This document shows positions 35,168-44,076 of a stretch of DNA of 64,000 bases, one piece after another. Position numbers and translations under genes: made by a program. The stretch's first letter is position 1. Each line of letters opens with the position of its first letter. The stretch is from Myxococcota bacterium (GTDB taxonomy: Bacteria > Myxococcota_A > UBA796 > CAJQPC01). The notes beneath the pieces were generated by a model. The model was not told the origin of the DNA and did no database searches. It worked only from the letters and a program-made list of their open reading frames with translations. The stretch covers positions 192,001-256,000 of the forward strand of contig JAZAMN010000024.1 of NCBI GenBank assembly GCA_036229005.1, given 5' to 3'.

Positions 35168-37042
35168 AAGTCCTTCCACGAAATCAACGAAGGACTGTAG
35201 CCCGGCCTCCTCCAGATAGGTGCAGTGGTGTGGGTCGTAGTCGGACTGCGGCTCACACACCACGGTCTCGGAGTCGGGCAGGGCCTGCCCCAGCCACTCC
35301 GTGGTGTTGTTGGGCACCTGGTAGTCGCCCACACCCAACACAATCGTCTCGGGGACCTGCTGCTCGGGGGCCAGGACCAGCGGGTCGCTGGGGTCCATGA
35401 TGAGCTGGAAGAGCCCCATGGTGGGGTGGAAGCGGTCCATGTGGTGCCAAGCGGACTCGGGCACCCCCACCAGCGCGGCGATCAGTTCGCTGGCGCTTGC
35501 CTGGGCCAGGGTGTCTTCATCCACGCCGATCAGGGGGGCCACCAGCCCGACCACGTCGTTCCCGGAGCCCAGCAGGCCGGTGTCCAGGATGTAGTAGGTG
35601 AAGTAGCCGCCGGTCCCGGACACCAGCGCGGACTGTGCGCCATCCCCCTGTTGCAGCGCCAGCCCGATGTGGGCGGTCACGCTGCCCAGACTGTGTCCGA
35701 AGGCGCCGATGCGCTCCGGGTCGGCGTCCACGATCTGTGGTAGATGCTCCTGGCAGAAGCGCTGCAGCACTCTGTGGTCCACGCCAGCCTGGCGCTGGTT
35801 GTCCCGGAAGGCGGGCAGGTTGCCCACGTTGTAGAAGCCCAGGGACGCGGAGAAGCCCTCGTCGATCAGGGGGTAGCGCTGTCCGTAGAGCGGCTGGTCC
35901 CGACTCACCACGATCACCCCGGCTTCGTCCAGCAGGCTCGCCAGGTCCTCGGCTCGGCTCCCGCTGACTGCGCGGCGCACCGCGTTGTAGGCGTGGCCCC
36001 CGGTGCCGTGGTCCCAGGTCATCACCGGGAGGGGGCCGGTATGGTCTGTACGAGGAACCTGGATCACCACCCGCATGGGCTCGGCCGTCGGGCTGTTCAG
36101 GAGCTGGCCGGCATCGTCGAAGTCAATCCAGCCGTCGCCAGATCGGTTGAAGTCTGTGATGAGTCCGACGCCGGGCTTGGCGTAGGGCTGGGCGCTCAGG
36201 TCCTGCCACGCGACGGTCTGGATCTCGGCCTGCCAGACCTCCATGGGCCACTGTGTGAGGTCCAGGGTCTGCTCCTGCAGGCCCTCGAAGGCGCCCAGGT
36301 AGGTGACCTCTGTGTCACCCCCTTCAAAGGTGGCGGTCACCACGGTCGCGGCCTTTCCCGAGGGGGTCTCCCCGGCCCGGTAGTCCAGCTCCACGACCCG
36401 CCTCAGGTTCTGGGGCTCCAGCATCTCCGGGGCCGCATCCAACACAGAGTCGGTCTCCTCCCGCAGGGTCAGGAGCTGGCCCAGGGAGTCCTGCACGGGG
36501 AAGGTGGTGGCGACCGCTGCTTGCTTGGGGGCCTCGGCGGGGAGGGTGTAGTCTTCGGGAGACTGTGCGAGGCTGTCGTCCACGAAGGCCAGGTAGCGCT
36601 CCCCGCTGCGCAGGGGGTGTGCGGGGTCCGGGGCGATCAGCAGCAGGTTGTCCCGCAGGAAGGGGTCGCCGTCCGCGGAGGCCACGAACTTGACCTGGAT
36701 GGGGTGTCGGGTCCCGGAGTCCAGGCTCAGGAGCTGGATCGGGTCGTCCTCGCTTCCGGGGTAGCTGTCCTCCAGGCCCTCCAGGGGCGCCTCGAAGCGG
36801 AAGCTGATGGCCGCCAGGTGGGAGAAGCCCAGGCTGGTCTCCCCGGCCATGCGCGCCCAGCCGGCGGTCATGGTGGTGCCCAGCTCGGTCCCGGCCTCCG
36901 GGAAGTCGTCCAGGATGACGGTCCCGTCGGCGGCGATCAGCTCGTCGGCGGGGAAGGGGCGGTCCAACAGGTGCTCGGAGCGGTCGGCGGCGACGATGGC
37001 GGCCGGGCCCTTTGCGCAGGCGAGGAGGAGGAGCCAGTTCAT
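35165..37042 (-). CDS. Lipoprotein with an alpha/beta-hydrolase domain
   Basis: MNWLLLLAC; RPFP.D.L, HGTGG, RDNQRQ..D, GHSLG nucleophile elbow, DP, C-terminal His. Confidence 0.75.
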   Translation of the reverse strand: MNWLLLLACAKGPAAIVAADRSEHLLDRPFPADELIAADGTVILDDFPEAGTELGTTMTAGWARMAGETSLGFSHLAAISFRFEAPLEGLEDSYPGSEDDPIQLLSLDSGTRHPIQVKFVASADGDPFLRDNLLLIAPDPAHPLRSGERYLAFVDDSLAQSPEDYTLPAEAPKQAAVATTFPVQDSLGQLLTLREETDSVLDAAPEMLEPQNLRRVVELDYRAGETPSGKAATVVTATFEGGDTEVTYLGAFEGLQEQTLDLTQWPMEVWQAEIQTVAWQDLSAQPYAKPGVGLITDFNRSGDGWIDFDDAGQLLNSPTAEPMRVVIQVPRTDHTGPLPVMTWDHGTGGHAYNAVRRAVSGSRAEDLASLLDEAGVIVVSRDQPLYGQRYPLIDEGFSASLGFYNVGNLPAFRDNQRQAGVDHRVLQRFCQEHLPQIVDADPERIGAFGHSLGSVTAHIGLALQQGDGAQSALVSGTGGYFTYYILDTGLLGSGNDVVGLVAPLIGVDEDTLAQASASELIAALVGVPESAWHHMDRFHPTMGLFQLIMDPSDPLVLAPEQQVPETIVLGVGDYQVPNNTTEWLGQALPDSETVVCEPQSDYDPHHCTYLEEAGLQSFVDFVEGL

Positions 37043-37076
37043 GGCCGAACCCTACACCCCGGCGGCGGGGCCTGCA

Positions 37077-37895
37077 TCAGACCTGGTAGGTCTTGCCCTC
37101 GGCGGCGGCCTCGACGGGAAAGTCGGCCTGGAGGCTGGCGATCAGGGCGTCCACGTCCGCGTCGCTGCGGGTGGGCTCGTGGCTGTCCAGCAGCAGGCGG
37201 CGGGCCCCGACGGCCTCGGCGTAGGCGACCGCCAGCTCCGGGGTGCAGTGGCCCCAGCCCAGGCGGGTGCGGTACTCGTGCTGGGTGTACTGGGCGTCGT
37301 GGACCAGCAGGTCGGCGTCGCGGGCCAGGTCCAGGCCGCTGAGCCACTCGGTGGGCGGCAAGCGCTCGCTCCCGATCTGGGGCTCGTGGTCGGGCAGGAA
37401 GGCGAGGCTGCGGCCGCCGGCCTCGACGCGGAAGCCCAGGGTGGTGCCCGGGTGGATGATGAGCTGGGCGCGGATCGAGAAGGGCCCGATCTCCCAGGCG
37501 TCCCGCTTGATGTCGTGGCAGTGGATGCAAGCGGGCAGCTCGCCGAAGCGCACCGGGAACAGCGGCGGGCTCAGGTAGCGGCCCAGGCGCTTGCGCAGGC
37601 TGCGGGTGGTGCTGGGCGGTCCCCAGATGTGGATCTCCCGGCCCGGCTGGAAGAGGGGGCCGAAGAAGCCCAGGCCCTGGACGTGGTCCATGTGCAGGTG
37701 GGTGACCAGGATGTCGATGCGGCCGGTGGGCGGGGCCTCGACGTGGCCAGCCCGGACGATGCCGGTGCCGGCGTCCAGGAAGAGCAGGCGGTCTTCAAAG
37801 CGCAGCACGGCAGACGAGGTGTTGCCGCCGAAGCGCACGAACTCGGGGCCGGGGGCGGGGTAGGAGCCCCGGGTGCCGTAGAAGCGGAGCTCCAC
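37077..37895 (-). CDS. MBL-fold metallo-hydrolase
   Basis: FYGTRGS.P.PG, FGGNTS, LDAGTG, THLHMDHVQG, HPG, PDHE, HDAQY, GWGH, HEP. Confidence 0.9.
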   Translation of the reverse strand: MELRFYGTRGSYPAPGPEFVRFGGNTSSAVLRFEDRLLFLDAGTGIVRAGHVEAPPTGRIDILVTHLHMDHVQGLGFFGPLFQPGREIHIWGPPSTTRSLRKRLGRYLSPPLFPVRFGELPACIHCHDIKRDAWEIGPFSIRAQLIIHPGTTLGFRVEAGGRSLAFLPDHEPQIGSERLPPTEWLSGLDLARDADLLVHDAQYTQHEYRTRLGWGHCTPELAVAYAEAVGARRLLLDSHEPTRSDADVDALIASLQADFPVEAAAEGKTYQV

Positions 37896-38282
37896 TCAGC
37901 GCTGCTCGTGCAGCCAGGCCACCACCCCCAGCTCGCACTGGGAGAGGCTGCCCAGGGGGAGGGCGGTGATCTGCAGGCCGCGGGTGCGCCCGTCCAGGGC
38001 ACGCAGGCGCACGGTGGCGTTCGCGGGGCTGCGGGCGTCCAGGGCGATGGCCACGGGGCTGCGCTCGGTGGGAATGGGCTCCCCATGTTCGTCTTCGAGG
38101 CGGAAGGCGGCTTCCCACTCGCGCCGGGACAGCCCACCGCTCTCGCCGTAGGTGCGGCCCAACACACCCGCTGCGGCTTCGTTGAAGTAGACGAGGTCAC
38201 CGCTTTCCTCAAAGAGCAGCGCCGGCGTGGTCAGCAGCGAGAGCCACTGTCTCGCCAGGACCATCTCGACGGGTCGGGGCAC
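37896..38282 (-). CDS. Stand-alone PAS domain protein
   Basis: LLFEESGDLVYFNEAAAGVLG, ITALPL; GGAGG upstream; abuts the MBL gene. Confidence 0.75.
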   Translation of the reverse strand: MPRPVEMVLARQWLSLLTTPALLFEESGDLVYFNEAAAGVLGRTYGESGGLSRREWEAAFRLEDEHGEPIPTERSPVAIALDARSPANATVRLRALDGRTRGLQITALPLGSLSQCELGVVAWLHEQR

Positions 38283-38361
38283 GGGATCCTCCGGGGTTCA
38301 GGCATCGTAGCAGAGGTCCAAAGCGTGCTAAGGGAGGGCACCGAATCGGAGAGACAATCCC

Positions 38362-38646
38362 ATGATGATGCTCGTGACCTTCCAGTTCGCCAACGGCGAG
38401 AACCCCGAGTTCGAGGCGGAGCTCAAGAAGCTCGGCAACTGGTCCAACCGGATCCCCGGCGCCTGGCTGCTGGAGACCCCCCTGGCCCCCCGCAAGGTGC
38501 GTGACCTGCTGGGCGAGACCATGAAGGACGGGGACAAGGTGTTCGTGGCCCGCATCTCCCGCAACTGGGCCGGCCGCAACATGGGCAGCGGCTTCCCCGA
38601 GTGGATGGGGCGCCGGGAGTTCGGGTCGTTCACCCCCCAGGGGTGA
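38362..38646 (+). CDS. Small hypothetical protein, possible Cas2/VapD-like ferredoxin fold
   Basis: Pattern LVTF...E.ELKKLG.W....AWLLET....VRD.L......DKVFV.RI..W.G....EW. Confidence 0.6.
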   Translation: MMMLVTFQFANGENPEFEAELKKLGNWSNRIPGAWLLETPLAPRKVRDLLGETMKDGDKVFVARISRNWAGRNMGSGFPEWMGRREFGSFTPQG

Positions 38647-38650
38647 GGGC

Positions 38651-39094
38651 TCAGGCCAGCTTGCCGCCCGCCGCCTTCCAGGCGGGCAGGCCACCCTCCA
38701 GGGACGTGGCGTTGATCAGCCCCTTGGTGCGCAGCAGCTCCGCGGCCCGCAGGCTGCGGGCGCCCACGGCGCAGTAGCAGACGATCTCGTCCGCGTCCTC
38801 CAGCTCGCGCCAGCGGGCCTCGAGCTGCTGCAGAGGGATGTGGTGGGCGCTGGGGAGCATTCCCCCGGCGACCTCGCCGTCGGTGCGCACGTCCACGATG
38901 ACGATGGACTCGCCGGCCTCCAGGCGCTCATAGAGCTCCTGGGCGTCGCACTCGATGTTGGCCAGGCTGGCGGCGTTGTCCTGGTCCTGGGGGGGGACCG
39001 GGGGTGTGGGCGCCGGGCGTGCGGGCGCAGCGGGCGCGGCGTCGCGGCCGAGCAGGCTCTTGAGGGTGCCCTTGAGTCGGGAGCGGATGCCCAT
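38651..39094 (-). CDS. Rhodanese-like domain protein
   Basis: IVDVRT..E...MLP.A.HIPL, CYCAVGARS, SLEGG..AW; GGAGG upstream. Confidence 0.88.
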   Translation of the reverse strand: MGIRSRLKGTLKSLLGRDAAPAAPARPAPTPPVPPQDQDNAASLANIECDAQELYERLEAGESIVIVDVRTDGEVAGGMLPSAHHIPLQQLEARWRELEDADEIVCYCAVGARSLRAAELLRTKGLINATSLEGGLPAWKAAGGKLA

Positions 39095-39146
39095 GTGGTG
39101 GATGCCTCCGGGGGCATGGGGCCATGACGCGGCCAGGGTTGCAGGA

Positions 39147-39671
39147 TCAGGCTCGGTCCAGGACAAAGAGCCGCGAGGGGCCGTCGCTGCGCCCGGTGGG
39201 CACCGCGGGGTCCAGCTCCACAAAGCCAAAGGGCGCGTGCAGCGCCACCGAGGACCGGTTCCGGGGGTGGGTGTAGTAGTAGCAGCGCGCCGCGCGGGCG
39301 AACACCCAGTGAAGGCGGGCCTGCACCAGCGCGCGACCTACGCCGCGGCGTCTGCAGGTGGGGTGCACGCGCAGTCCGCTGAGGTACCAGCCGGGGGGCA
39401 GGGCGCAGGGGGGCTCGGGGGCGCCGCGCAGGCTGCAGCGGCCATAGGCCAGCACGCCCCCCTGGTGCTCGGCGACCCAGCTCTGGCGCAGCAGGTTGCC
39501 CTGGGCGATGGAGGCGAGCTCCGCCCGGATCAAGGGCTCGCTGTCAGGCAGCCCGTCGGCCAGCTCGATGGCGGAGATGGCCAGACTGTCCTCGACGGTG
39601 GCCAGGCGTATCGAGAGGCCCCGCAGGGGGGCGCCGTGGTGCTGGGGGGTGAACCGAGCGTGTCGGTGCAC
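39147..39671 (-). CDS. GNAT-family N-acetyltransferase
   Basis: IRLAT.ED, L.VHP..RRRGVGRAL, N..S.ALH..FGF. Confidence 0.82.
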   Translation of the reverse strand: MHRHARFTPQHHGAPLRGLSIRLATVEDSLAISAIELADGLPDSEPLIRAELASIAQGNLLRQSWVAEHQGGVLAYGRCSLRGAPEPPCALPPGWYLSGLRVHPTCRRRGVGRALVQARLHWVFARAARCYYYTHPRNRSSVALHAPFGFVELDPAVPTGRSDGPSRLFVLDRA

Positions 39672-41831
39672 CTACTGGCCCCACTCGGTGGGCTCCGGGC
39701 TGCGCAGGAAGAGGAGATCCTGGGCTTCGGCGAGCTGCTCGTGGGTGATCCAGGCCTGCTCCAGGGGCTCTCCGTCCAGGATGACGCCGGCCAGGTAGTC
39801 GCCGCTGCCGACGCTGGCGATGCTGAGCTGGCCCACCCGCGCGGCGTCGAAGCGGGGGGTGGTCAGGGCGTAGGTGGTGCCGCCGTTCATGGGGTAGAGG
39901 CCCAGGGCGGTCCAGCAGAACCAGGCGCTCAGGGTGCCGCCGTCGTCGTTGCCGTCCAGACCGGCGGGGTCCAGGAAGTAGCGGTGGTCCTGGATCCAGC
40001 GCACCCACTGCTGGGTCAGGTCGGGGCGGCCCCAGAAGACAAAGAGCAGGCTGGCGTGCAGGTCCGGCTCGTTGCCGTGCCAGTAGTAGGGGTCGGGGAA
40101 GTCGGTGTCCTCGACGGCGGCGGAGAGCTCGAAGAGCTCCTGGAGGGCGGTGACGGCGGGCGCGTTTCCGCCGAAGGCCTCGGCCAGACCGGCGGGGTCG
40201 TGGGGGGCCAGCCAGGTGTACTGCCAGGTGTTGCCCTCGACGAACTCGTCCGGCCAGCCTTCTTCCCCCGGGGGCATCCAGCTCCCGTCGCTGTAGCGGC
40301 CAGTGGCCTGCTGGGTCTCGATGTTGTGGACCTGCTGGAAGGCCTTGGCGCGCTCCAGGAGCTCGGTGGACTCGGGGGCGCCCTGGAGCTCGGCCCAGAG
40401 GCCGATGGCGTGGTCCGCGATGGCCATCTCCTGGGTCTTGGAGACGCTGCCACCGTCCACGTCGGCGGGCAGGTAGCCGCTGTCCATGTAGGCCTGGAGG
40501 CTGTGGCGGGTGCTCAGGGGAAGATCGGGGTTGAACGCCGACTCCAGGGCGAGCTCGAAGGCCTGCTGGTCGCCGGGGAAGGGGCCGATCTTGAGGGCGG
40601 TCTCGGCCATGACGATCTCGAGCGGGCTGCCCACCATCGAGCCGGACTCAGTGGTGCCGGCGGGCCAGCGGGGGTGCGCGCCGCGCTGCTGTCCCATGGC
40701 CGAGATGGAGGCCGCCAGGTCCACGGCCAGCTCGGGGTAGACCCAGATCACCCAGGGGTGGAGGGTGCGGTAGGTGTCCCAGCCGGAGAAGTCGGAGTGG
40801 TAGGTGAAGCCCTCGGCGCTGTGGACCTGCCCGTCGATTCCTCGGTAGCGCCCGTCGGCTTCCGTCATGTCGGTGGGCATGGACAGAGAGTGGTAGGTCG
40901 CGGAGGCGAAGATGCCCAGCAGCTCCTCGTCCCCCCCGGAGACCTGCACGGCGCCCAGGGCGGCTTGCCAGTCGGCGGTGGCCTCGCTGCGGATCTGCTC
41001 CAGGCTGCGGTCCTGAGCCAGAGCGAGGTTGGCGCGGGCGGACTCCAGGTCCACCACGGAGAGGCCGACGGCAAGCTCCACGTCCTGGTCAAAGCGCAGG
41101 TTCAGCAGGCCGGGGCCGTCCACGCTGTCGCCCTCTGCGGTCTCGCCGTCCAGGCTCAGGATGGACTCCGCGGGGGGCTGGGAGAAGGAGAGGGCAAAGT
41201 GGATGGGCATGCCGCCGTCCCCACCTCTACGGGTGAGTGAGCCCGCGAGCCTGAGCCAGCCCTCCGCCCCAGTCGAGGTCACCGTGAGGCCGCCCTCGGG
41301 GATCTCGACCTCGTTGTTGGCGGTGTGGCCCAGGTCGATCTTGAGCCAGCGCTGCTCGCCCTCCCACTGGTAGGCGTGTCGGGCGTATTTGGGGCCGGCG
41401 GCGATCTCGACCTGGCCGAGGTCCTGGATGCCCAGGCGGTAGTAGCCGGGCTCGGCGGTCTCGTCGTCGTGGCTGTAGGGGCGGCGGTCCTGCTGCCAGT
41501 CGCCGGTCATGGGGGCGTCGGAGAGCATGACCCCCAGGGCGCCGCCGTCGCCCACGCCGATGCCAGGCAGGCGGTAGTGGGAGAAGCCGGTGACGTAGCT
41601 GTCGTCGTAGTCGTAGCCAGCGGTGTGCTGGAAGCCGATGCGGCTGCTCTCGGAGCTGGTGTCCGGGCCCACCTTGGCCAGGCCGTTGGGCACCTGGGCG
41701 GCGGGGTTCAGGCCGCCGTACCCGAAGGCGTCGCCGCCGCTGCCCACGAAGGGGTCCACGTAGGGGAGCAGGTCGACGGGGGTGAAGGGGGTGGGGTCGG
41801 AGGCGGCGCAGGCCAGCAGAGACAGCAGCAT
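39672..41831 (-). CDS. GH92 alpha-mannosidase family lipoprotein
   Basis: MLLSLLAC; YVDPFVGS, GPDT, GFSH, SGWDTYRTLHP, SVSKTQE, EGNTWQY, HGNEPDLH, GNDDGGTLSAW. Confidence 0.92.
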   Translation of the reverse strand: MLLSLLACAASDPTPFTPVDLLPYVDPFVGSGGDAFGYGGLNPAAQVPNGLAKVGPDTSSESSRIGFQHTAGYDYDDSYVTGFSHYRLPGIGVGDGGALGVMLSDAPMTGDWQQDRRPYSHDDETAEPGYYRLGIQDLGQVEIAAGPKYARHAYQWEGEQRWLKIDLGHTANNEVEIPEGGLTVTSTGAEGWLRLAGSLTRRGGDGGMPIHFALSFSQPPAESILSLDGETAEGDSVDGPGLLNLRFDQDVELAVGLSVVDLESARANLALAQDRSLEQIRSEATADWQAALGAVQVSGGDEELLGIFASATYHSLSMPTDMTEADGRYRGIDGQVHSAEGFTYHSDFSGWDTYRTLHPWVIWVYPELAVDLAASISAMGQQRGAHPRWPAGTTESGSMVGSPLEIVMAETALKIGPFPGDQQAFELALESAFNPDLPLSTRHSLQAYMDSGYLPADVDGGSVSKTQEMAIADHAIGLWAELQGAPESTELLERAKAFQQVHNIETQQATGRYSDGSWMPPGEEGWPDEFVEGNTWQYTWLAPHDPAGLAEAFGGNAPAVTALQELFELSAAVEDTDFPDPYYWHGNEPDLHASLLFVFWGRPDLTQQWVRWIQDHRYFLDPAGLDGNDDGGTLSAWFCWTALGLYPMNGGTTYALTTPRFDAARVGQLSIASVGSGDYLAGVILDGEPLEQAWITHEQLAEAQDLLFLRSPEPTEWGQ

Positions 41832-41840
41832 GGCCCCCCC

Positions 41841-42389
41841 TTATTCCGGCGGGGCGATGTCGCCGTTGGAGGCGCTGGCCCAGCTCTGGGGGGCCGGGCG
41901 GAGCAGCACGCTGTCCTGGCCGCGGTGGCGCTGGAAGCCCTGGCCCTGCTCGCCGCCGGAGGGGCCGAAGGTCAGGTCCCAGAGCAGCTCGACCCGCAGG
42001 CCGTCATCGGTGGGGGTGGGCTCGGAGAGGACCTCGAGCCAGCCCATCTCGAGCTCGGAGGGCTGGGGCTGCTGCCCGTCGGCGCTGGGGTCGTGCTCGG
42101 CCAGGCCGTCCAGGTCGCGGATGGTGGCGCCGTCGATCAGCGCGTCGCTGTGGAAGACCACCTTGGCGCTGGGGGCCAGGCGCGCGACGAAGCGGTCGTA
42201 GACGGCGTCTTTGGGATCCCCGGGGGCCAGGTGCAGGGTGATGTAGCCGACGTCGTCCCAGGTGGCGCCGGAGCTGCCGATGTCGGCGCCGCAGCGCTCG
42301 GCCATCATCCAGTGGCCCCTGCCCTCCACGTAGTAGGCGGACTCGCCGCAGTTGGAGGCGCAGGCGGTGAGCAGGGTCAGGAGCAACAT
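41841..42389 (-). CDS. Hypothetical lipoprotein
   Basis: MLLLTLLTAC; TATATT 7 nt upstream. Confidence 0.68.
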   Translation of the reverse strand: MLLLTLLTACASNCGESAYYVEGRGHWMMAERCGADIGSSGATWDDVGYITLHLAPGDPKDAVYDRFVARLAPSAKVVFHSDALIDGATIRDLDGLAEHDPSADGQQPQPSELEMGWLEVLSEPTPTDDGLRVELLWDLTFGPSGGEQGQGFQRHRGQDSVLLRPAPQSWASASNGDIAPPE

Positions 42390-42445
42390 GGCGTCGAATA
42401 TAGCCCATGCTGTGCAGGTACATTCGGCGCTTTGATGGAGTCCCC

Positions 42446-43714
42446 TTGCTTTCGATCTGGCTGTCCCTGCTCGCCTGTTCGGGCCCCGATTCGCCCAAGC
42501 GCTGGCTGCGCTTCGAGCCCTTTGGCCTGCCGGGGGAGGCGGGCCTGGAGGAGGGCCTGATCCCCTCGCGCTACTGCGGGGACGGCGGCTTCATGAGCCC
42601 TGGGGACCGGCTGTGGACGGCGGAGGGCGAGGAGCTCCCCCTGCAGGAGGAGACCCCCAAGAACGGGGTGACCGGGGAGACCGGGCCGGTGAGCTGCGTG
42701 GGGGATCGGCGCTTCACCGCGGCCCCGGACCGCATGGGCGCCTACGTCTCGGAGGCCGGGGGGCCCTGGGAGCTGCTGCCGCTGCCGGCGGAGGACGTGA
42801 CCGCGTCCAGCCTGGTCTCGGACAGCGAGGGGGTGCTGTGGCGCACGCTCTACGCCCACAACGACGCCCGGCCGGTCACCGTGGAGCGCTCCGACGACGG
42901 CGGCGTGAGCTGGGAGGGCACGGCCATCGCGCCGGTGAACGCGGAGGGCAGCGCCGAGGACGCGCGGCTCTACCACGCCGAGGGCTTCCTGGAGATGTCG
43001 GTGTTCGAGCTGAGCGCGGAGCGGAACGGGCGCATGCGGGTGAAGGCGGACGGCAGCGAGAGCGTCCTGGGCATCAACGGGAGCATCGACTGGGACACCA
43101 CCGTGCCGCTGCCGCTGCGGGTGCTGGACGGCGAGAGCCTGAGCTGGGGCAGCGTGAACCCGCCGGAGGGCAGCCCCACCTGGCACCTGCCGACGATGTA
43201 CGTGGGCGGGGAGCCCTGGGATGCGGAGCACGAGGGGCTGGAGCCCGTCCTGCTGATCGGTCCCCAACTCTTTGGGCATGGCAACGGCGGGGCCACTCTG
43301 GAGCGGCTGATCGTCGACGACGAGGACCACCTGATCCTGCCCTCGCCGATCGGGCTGCTGCGCAGCACGACCCCCTGGACGGAGGACCTGCGGGACGAGG
43401 TGCTGCTGGACCGGAGCTGCGCGCTGCTGGAGACGCACCAGGAGGGCCTGGGGCACGCGGACGGGCCGCAGAGCGTGGAGGTCGAGAACCAGAGCGGGGG
43501 GCCGGTGATGCTGGCGACCTTCGCGGGGAACACGACCATGAACTGGGTGGGCGAGCAGGTGCTCGGGGACGACGGCGCGTACCGGCCGGGCACCCTGGAG
43601 GACGGGGAGACGTGGACCGTGGAGGCGGGTGGTCAGTACATCGTTGTCCTCGACGATGGGTTCCGGTGTCTGCAGGTGGTGGAGGGCGACCCGGGCCAGG
43701 TGGTGATCCAGTGA
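42446..43714 (+). CDS. Hypothetical lipoprotein with an Asp-box motif
   Basis: TTG start after GGAG gives MLSIWLSLLAC; SDDGGVSW (ORF track start 42407). Confidence 0.65.
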   Translation: MLSIWLSLLACSGPDSPKRWLRFEPFGLPGEAGLEEGLIPSRYCGDGGFMSPGDRLWTAEGEELPLQEETPKNGVTGETGPVSCVGDRRFTAAPDRMGAYVSEAGGPWELLPLPAEDVTASSLVSDSEGVLWRTLYAHNDARPVTVERSDDGGVSWEGTAIAPVNAEGSAEDARLYHAEGFLEMSVFELSAERNGRMRVKADGSESVLGINGSIDWDTTVPLPLRVLDGESLSWGSVNPPEGSPTWHLPTMYVGGEPWDAEHEGLEPVLLIGPQLFGHGNGGATLERLIVDDEDHLILPSPIGLLRSTTPWTEDLRDEVLLDRSCALLETHQEGLGHADGPQSVEVENQSGGPVMLATFAGNTTMNWVGEQVLGDDGAYRPGTLEDGETWTVEAGGQYIVVLDDGFRCLQVVEGDPGQVVIQ

Positions 43715-44037
43715 GCCCCGAGACGCTGCGGACCTCGCTCCTCTCCGCCCTCCGACCACGCAGCCTGGGGGAGCGGGCGATGCTCTTGAGCCTGGGGGGC
43801 TTCTCGGTTCCGCAGCTCCTGGAGCGGCTGCCCGATGAGCTGCAGCAGGCGCTGCTGGATGGGCATGTGGACAACCCGATCCTGGGCAAGCGGGCGGCGG
43901 TGGCGCGGGCGCTTCCGGTGCTGGAGGCGCTGGAGTCGGAGGGCCGGGTGGTGCGCTCCCAGGTGCGGATGAAGAACGCGCTGGTGGACACCTGGCGGCT
44001 GTCTGGGCGGGCGGCGCTCAAGGACCTCGCGCGCTGA
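43711..44037 (+). CDS. Small hypothetical protein (possible winged-helix-like C-terminus)
   Basis: GTGA overlap with the upstream stop; LEALESEGRVVR...TWRL. Confidence 0.5.
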   Translation: MSPETLRTSLLSALRPRSLGERAMLLSLGGFSVPQLLERLPDELQQALLDGHVDNPILGKRAAVARALPVLEALESEGRVVRSQVRMKNALVDTWRLSGRAALKDLAR

Positions 44038-44076
44038 GGGCGGGGGCTATAGGGTGGGGCATTGCCAAGGTGTCCC

